64,000 nucleotides of DNA, from NCBI RefSeq assembly GCF_963921235.1, contig NC_086100.1:42036001-42100000 (forward strand), given 5' to 3'. Shown here piece by piece: positions 63,871 to 64,000 of the stretch. Numbering within the stretch: the first letter of the stretch is position 1; each line of letters begins with the position of its first letter. This stretch comes from Mobula hypostoma (Eukaryota). A program made the position numbers and the translations under genes. The notes under the pieces are model-generated. The model ran no database searches. It saw only the letters and a program-made list of their open reading frames with translations, and was not told the DNA's origin.

Positions 63871-64000
63871 ACACTCAGTGGCTACTTTATTAGGTACCGT
63901 ACCTAATGGTGGCCACTGAGTGTTTGTTCAACATCTTCCGCTGCTGCAGTCGATCAACCTCAGGGTTCGTGTTGTAGGTACGTTTGGCGATGCTGTTCTG
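63871..64000. mobile_element. Tc1-derived element: short TIR palindrome followed by a transposase-like remnant; runs off the window
   Basis: acactcagtggctactttattaggtac...gtacctaatggtggccactgagtgt at 63871-63923. The downstream minus strand resembles the Tc1 T.R.L...G.SSGR segment. Confidence 0.55.

Noticed and set aside
56372-64000. SLC12A9-family exon 7 (DY.F...SASMS.LIGASRIL)
   Set aside because: No matching frame found; ORFs 61809-62165 and 63552-63893 lack family motifs.

Overview
Eukaryotic, repeat-rich vertebrate DNA, probably from a cartilaginous fish such as a ray (inferred from the repeat content, not proven). Two multi-exon genes lie head-to-head about 21 kb apart. On the minus strand is the 5' part of ARMC9: a probable non-coding exon 1 near 22.6 kb and four coding exons from 20797 down to 8800. 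On the plus strand is the 5' part of an SLC12A9-family cation-chloride cotransporter: six coding exons from 44134 to 56371, including a U12 minor intron. Introns and the intergenic region are filled with Penelope-like (Neptune-type) retroelements carrying minimal hammerhead ribozymes, CR1 and Rex1/Babar LINE fragments, a Tc1 transposon, MITEs, a Gypsy-type solo LTR and a HERO-type retrotransposon with a restriction-like endonuclease (RLE). The most unusual observations are: (1) the HERO-type element is flanked by a ~575-bp direct duplication of unique intron sequence; (2) a recurring class of 150-200 bp fold-back Penelope terminal-repeat insertions, each with a target-site duplication (TSD) and switching orientation at the hammerhead core; (3) five copies of one template segment, all starting at the same position, at the 5' junction of a Penelope insertion. 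Most ORFs in the supplied track are spurious or are TE fragments. Boundaries of decayed repeats are approximate.
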